From contig JAFCDK010000048.1 of assembly GCA_017609745.1 (NCBI GenBank), positions 1-8,624 of the forward strand: a DNA stretch of 8,624 bases. Direction: 5' to 3'. This DNA is from Candidatus Pacearchaeota archaeon (GTDB lineage: Archaea; Nanobdellota; Nanobdellia; Pacearchaeales; GW2011-AR1). The position numbers and the translations under genes are program-made. Positions within the stretch are counted from its first letter, which is position 1; every line of letters starts with the position of its first letter. The notes under the pieces were generated by a model. The model saw only the letters and a program-made list of their open reading frames with translations. It was not told where the DNA came from and made no database searches. Below, piece after piece: positions 5,424 through 8,624 of the stretch.

Positions 5424-6005
5424 TTAATTTTTGTATATCATCAGATATTTTTCCAACAAGTTTTTCAATTGACATTTTTCCAAAAAATCTTGGTTCTCCA
5501 AATCTAATAATTGCAAGTTTTTTGGAATTGGAAGAAACGACGCATGTTTTTTAAAATAATATAATCTTGAATATTCTAAACCTGCAGGAACTAAAGATAT
5601 TGGTGTTGAAAGTTTTTCCTGCATTTGCTCAAAATATTTAAATGGATTGATATTTAATTTGCTCATTTTTTTTGCATTAATTTTACCTTCTGGAAACATT
5701 ATAATAAGTTCATTATTTTGTAAATAATCTTCAATTTTTGCATATGATTCTCTATTTATTTGTTTTGCAATTTGTTTTGCTTTTTCTCTTCCTATCTTTT
5801 CACTTAATTTTTCAAAATCTTTACGAGTTACAAATTTAATTCCCCCAACACTTTCTAACCAGCTTGGTAAAGTAGATTTTGCAAAAAAACTGCAATATCT
5901 CTTAGTTTTTGTTTTAATATAATATGCAGAAAGTAATCCATCAACATATGACCGATGTTTTGGGAGAATAATAGCAGGACCATTTTTTATAAAAAACATG
6001 AGCAA
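5424..6005 (-). CDS. PlsC/LPLAT-family acyltransferase (1-acyl-sn-glycerol-3-phosphate acyltransferase-like), C-terminal main part
   Basis: All four acyltransferase blocks are present: H-RSYV-D (HxxxxD), GGIKFVTR (GxxFxxR), MFPEG (FPEG) and ISLVPAGL (hydrophobic-Pro block). The listed start is TTG, and HxxxxD sits only 17 residues from it. That is too close for a complete fold and implies a missing N-terminus (see 5941-6129). Confidence 0.75.
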   Translation of the reverse strand: MLMFFIKNGPAIILPKHRSYVDGLLSAYYIKTKTKRYCSFFAKSTLPSWLESVGGIKFVTRKDFEKLSEKIGREKAKQIAKQINRESYAKIEDYLQNNELIIMFPEGKINAKKMSKLNINPFKYFEQMQEKLSTPISLVPAGLEYSRLYYFKKHASFLPIPKNLQLLDLENQDFLEKCQLKNLLEKYLMIYKN

Positions 6006-6129
6006 GATTAAGTGCTGTGCTTATAGAATTATATAAAAAATAATTTCTATTGTCTTTAAAAAGTTTGTTAGATTCAATTTGAGAATTATTTTGTTTTTTT
6101 TGTAATAAATGTTTTTCAAGAGAGTTCAT
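5941..6129 (-). pseudogene. Probable N-terminal fragment of the same acyltransferase in another frame (gene split by a frameshift)
   Basis: The 62-aa ORF overlaps the start of the 193-aa ORF. Removing one base from either homopolymer at 5983-5996 (plus strand TTTTTTATAAAAAA) joins ...NSISTALNLAHVF to IKNGPAIILPKHRSYVDG. The result is a continuous 234-aa protein with HxxxxD near residue 58, which is typical spacing for PlsC. Confidence 0.5.
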
Positions 6130-6152
6130 TTTTAATAAAATAAAATAGTTTG

Positions 6153-6160
6153 AAATTATA
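6153..6160 (-). promoter_or_regulatory. TATA-like box (minus strand TATAATTT) 24-31 nt upstream of the ATG at 6129, overlapping the radical SAM stop codon
   Basis: The gap between the radical SAM stop and the acyltransferase-fragment ATG is only 26 nt. Co-transcription without this box is equally plausible. Confidence 0.25.
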
Positions 6161-7616
6161 ATCTTTCTTCTAATCCAAAATTAACTAAACATTCTTTATA
6201 ATTTCTTGCATTTTCACATACAGCCTCGTAGATTGGACCAGATACACACTGCTCTGCGCCTTTATATGAACCATGAACATTATGTTTTTCTACAATATTC
6301 TTTAATGTTTCAGGATTATCAACATAAGGGCAGGGGGCTAATAAGTTTTTATTAAAAGGCTGTTTTGTTCTTGCATCTTTTAACCAATCTGCGGTCATAC
6401 ATTCTGTCAATGTTTTATCATATAAATTATCTTTTGAAAAAGGAATAAAAGCACAAGGTTCAAGTTCTGCATTAGCATTTATATGAGCATATATTTTCCC
6501 CCATCCAATACATCCTCCTGTAATTCCCCCATCGTTCCAGAAATCATATAATGCCATTTGTTTTTTATCTTGTCTTATTTTTTTAAGTAAATCATATCTT
6601 TGTATTCTTTGTTCAGGAGTAGGAATTATTTCAGGATTAGGGTTTCTTCCAACAGCAGTATATTGGAAAAGCCAGCCAATACGAGCACCTCTTTCAATTA
6701 GCTCATCAAAATATTGTTCATTTACTACAGAATCATGATTTTGTTTAGTATGAACTGCTGAGATTCCGAAAAAAACTCCCCTATCTTTTAAACGAGCCAT
6801 AGCATCCATCACTTTATCATAGACTCCTTTGCCTCTAAAATACTCTGTTGCTTGTTTATCACCAGATAAACTAAAACATGGATAAAAATTTCCAAGTTCT
6901 GCTATTTTATCTGCCATTTGGTCGTTAATTAAAGTTCCATTTGTATAAGGCATAAATGCAATATCATTATGTTCTTCAAGCATATTATAAAGATAAGGAA
7001 GCATTGTTGGTTCTCCACCTGTTAAAACAATAAAATGTATTCCCATTTCTTTTTTAGCTTCATTTAAAATTTCATTTACTTTTTTTTCAGGTATTGTAAT
7101 ACCTTTTTGATGTTCTGCCCAGCAACCTTGACATTTTAAATTACAATTCATTGAAGGACTCATAAGAAGAAATTGCGGCGGAAGTTCTCCATGTTTTTTT
7201 TCATATTGTTCTGCAATTTCTGTTCTTTCGAGTGTCTGACGATAAAACAAATTTTCAATTAATTTTAATCTTGTTTGATTATTAAGTTCTGGAAGAGTTT
7301 GTTTTATAACATTTGAGAAAGAACTACAAGATTGTAATTTTCTTTCAACCTGCTCTGGACTCCAGCCATATTTTTTACCACTTTCCTGTATTTTTGAAAG
7401 ATATTTGTTTCTTGCTATATCAATAAGGCTACCTTGATATTTTACAGGAATCTTGGGAAAAAGAGGCAATGCTGCTTTTATTCCCCCTTTAACAATTGAT
7501 TTTCTTATTAAACTAAAAATTTTAGACCCATTCCTATTAGTGTTTTTTTTAATTAATTCTGGTTCTACAAATTCAACTTTTTTTTCAAGTTCTATTGCTA
7601 GCCCTTCTTTTGCCAT
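6156..7616 (-). CDS. Radical SAM enzyme, 486 aa, with a roughly 150-aa N-terminal extension and a Cys-containing C-terminal auxiliary region
   Basis: The motif C158-x3-C162-x2-C165 (MNCNLKCQGCWA, nt 7122-7145) is followed by the GGE SAM-binding motif (LTGGEPTM). The C-terminal region GGCIGWGKIYAHINANAELEPCAF...LLAPCPYVDNPE carries further Cys at residues 369, 388, 406, 429, 457, 467 and 476, consistent with an auxiliary Fe-S (SPASM/twitch-like) domain. Confidence 0.85.
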   Translation of the reverse strand: MAKEGLAIELEKKVEFVEPELIKKNTNRNGSKIFSLIRKSIVKGGIKAALPLFPKIPVKYQGSLIDIARNKYLSKIQESGKKYGWSPEQVERKLQSCSSFSNVIKQTLPELNNQTRLKLIENLFYRQTLERTEIAEQYEKKHGELPPQFLLMSPSMNCNLKCQGCWAEHQKGITIPEKKVNEILNEAKKEMGIHFIVLTGGEPTMLPYLYNMLEEHNDIAFMPYTNGTLINDQMADKIAELGNFYPCFSLSGDKQATEYFRGKGVYDKVMDAMARLKDRGVFFGISAVHTKQNHDSVVNEQYFDELIERGARIGWLFQYTAVGRNPNPEIIPTPEQRIQRYDLLKKIRQDKKQMALYDFWNDGGITGGCIGWGKIYAHINANAELEPCAFIPFSKDNLYDKTLTECMTADWLKDARTKQPFNKNLLAPCPYVDNPETLKNIVEKHNVHGSYKGAEQCVSGPIYEAVCENARNYKECLVNFGLEERL

Positions 7617-7637
7617 TATTAATTTTTGTTTAATTAC

Positions 7638-7645
7638 TTTAAAAG
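7638..7645 (-). promoter_or_regulatory. TATA-like box (minus strand CTTTTAAA) 22-29 nt upstream of the radical SAM ATG (7616)
   Basis: Lies in the 138-nt divergent spacer 7617-7754. Confidence 0.3.
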
Positions 7646-7728
7646 TATTTGTATTGTGTATTAATTATAAAATAGTATATTTTATGGTGCATTATATTTC
7701 AATAATATTTATATAATCATTTATTTAA

Positions 7729-7736
7729 TTTAAAAT
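7729..7736 (+). promoter_or_regulatory. TATA-like TTTAAAAT 19-26 nt upstream of the alpha/beta-hydrolase ATG (7755)
   Basis: Lies in the same divergent spacer as the radical SAM box. AT-rich background applies. Confidence 0.3.
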
Positions 7737-7754
7737 AAATTAAAAGATGAGAAA

Positions 7755-8624
7755 ATGGTTGAAGAAACTAAAGATTTAAAGGAGGGATATTTTAAGAGTT
7801 TTGATGATTCGCAGATTTATTATAATTTATATAATTCTAAATTTGATAAACCTTTTGTAACATTTGTTCATGGACATTCTGGAGGAAATTTTACGATGTT
7901 TAATCATCAAATTGAAGCTGTATCTAAAGATTATAATGTTCTTGCTTTTGATTTGCGCGGAGGTGGAAGATCTGAATTAAGTAATGGAAAAAAAGATTTT
8001 TACAGTTTAGAGAATTTTGCGAGAGATACTCTTGGTTTAATGGAGCATCTTGAAATAGAAAGAACACATCTATTAGGTTATAGTTTAGGCACAACAATTG
8101 CTCTTAAAGTCTTTGATATGCAACCAGAGGTTATCGATTCATTAATTTTACTGAATCCTACATATAATCTATTAGGAAATACTTGTTTAATAAATCAGAT
8201 GATTGTTCGTAGTGGTTTATGCTCTATTTTAGAACATTCTATTAATTATACTGCAGCTTTTATAAATAAATTAAAAGGTGTTGAACCAACACTCTTTGAT
8301 TATTTAAATGTTAGGGGAGAAAATTCATATATTAATTTCACTTTTTTAAAAACAAGAACTCCTGAAGAATTAATGTCAAGATTAAATCTTGTTAAAAATC
8401 GTATTAAATGGAATATAGAAGAAGTTATTGATAAAATTGATGTTCCTTTATTTTGTATTAGCGGAAGCAAGGATATATGGACTATGCCTTCTGCTGCTAA
8501 AGAAATTGTACAAAGAGCAAAAACAGACAGTGAAGCAGTAATTATTGAGGGAAATGGGCATGCAGCTCTTTATTTAAATCCAGAACCAATTACTAAAGAA
8601 GTTTTAGATTTTTTAAAAAGGCAA
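7755..8624 (+). CDS. Alpha/beta-fold hydrolase (esterase/lipase-type Ser-Asp-His enzyme), 3' end runs off the window
   Basis: Absent from the ORF track because no stop lies in the window. My translation from ATG 7755 is open for 290 codons: MVEETKDLKEGYF...FVTFVHGHSGG (HG oxyanion motif), LLGYSLGTTIAL (GxSxG nucleophile elbow), FCISGSKDIW (Asp) and EGNGHAALY (His). Confidence 0.85.
   Translation, partial: MVEETKDLKEGYFKSFDDSQIYYNLYNSKFDKPFVTFVHGHSGGNFTMFNHQIEAVSKDYNVLAFDLRGGGRSELSNGKKDFYSLENFARDTLGLMEHLEIERTHLLGYSLGTTIALKVFDMQPEVIDSLILLNPTYNLLGNTCLINQMIVRSGLCSILEHSINYTAAFINKLKGVEPTLFDYLNVRGENSYINFTFLKTRTPEELMSRLNLVKNRIKWNIEEVIDKIDVPLFCISGSKDIWTMPSAAKEIVQRAKTDSEAVIIEGNGHAALYLNPEPITKEVLDFLKRQ

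Noticed and set aside
7453-7716. Plus-strand ORF of 87 aa overlapping the radical SAM 5' end and the divergent spacer
   Set aside because: It is mostly antisense to the radical SAM N-terminus. The rest is AT-rich promoter sequence, and the hydrophobic low-complexity translation has no support.
7747-7779. Short upstream ORF (ATG AGA AAA TGG TTG AAG AAA CTA AAG ATT TAA) overlapping the hydrolase start
   Set aside because: It has ten sense codons and is out of frame with the hydrolase. The ATG at 7755 gives a full alpha/beta-hydrolase N-terminus, so the ORF is probably fortuitous in AT-rich sequence.
1-8624. Mobile-element hallmarks (transposase, integrase, inverted terminal repeats, tRNA-adjacent att sites) flanking the lipid-enzyme block
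   Set aside because: No ORF has transposase or integrase motifs, and I found no inverted or long direct repeats bracketing 3929-8624. The right boundary of the block lies outside the window, so an island boundary cannot be assessed.

Overview
Strongly AT-rich, gene-dense window. The core genes aIF-2 gamma and ribosomal protein S6e make it archaeal, and the compact layout suggests a small-genome, DPANN-like lineage (inference only). Bases 1-3673 hold a co-directional minus-strand cluster: rps6e, then an orphan 174-aa ORF, then eif2g, then a divergent-PAP2 (YuiD-like) membrane protein, then a secreted Cys-rich surface protein that runs off the left edge. After the largest non-coding gap (3674-3928), the rest of the window encodes bacterial-type acyl-lipid and membrane enzymes. 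These are a signal-peptide-bearing PagL-like 8-stranded outer-membrane beta-barrel deacylase homologue, an HExxH membrane protein, a 486-aa radical SAM enzyme followed on the same strand by a PlsC/LPLAT-type acyltransferase, and an alpha/beta-hydrolase that runs off the right edge. Ester-lipid and outer-membrane enzymes beside archaeal translation genes are the main point of interest, possibly a horizontally acquired lipid scavenging or remodelling module. Two lipid-related genes carry slippage-type lesions: a perfect 10-bp tandem duplication frameshifts the PAP2-like gene, and a homopolymer frameshift splits the acyltransferase. Most first-in-unit genes have a TATA-like box about 20-30 nt upstream of the start codon, which suggests leaderless mRNAs. 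I recognised no rRNA, tRNA, CRISPR array, transposase or integrase. All family assignments rest on motifs read by eye and on sequences recalled from memory, with no database searches.
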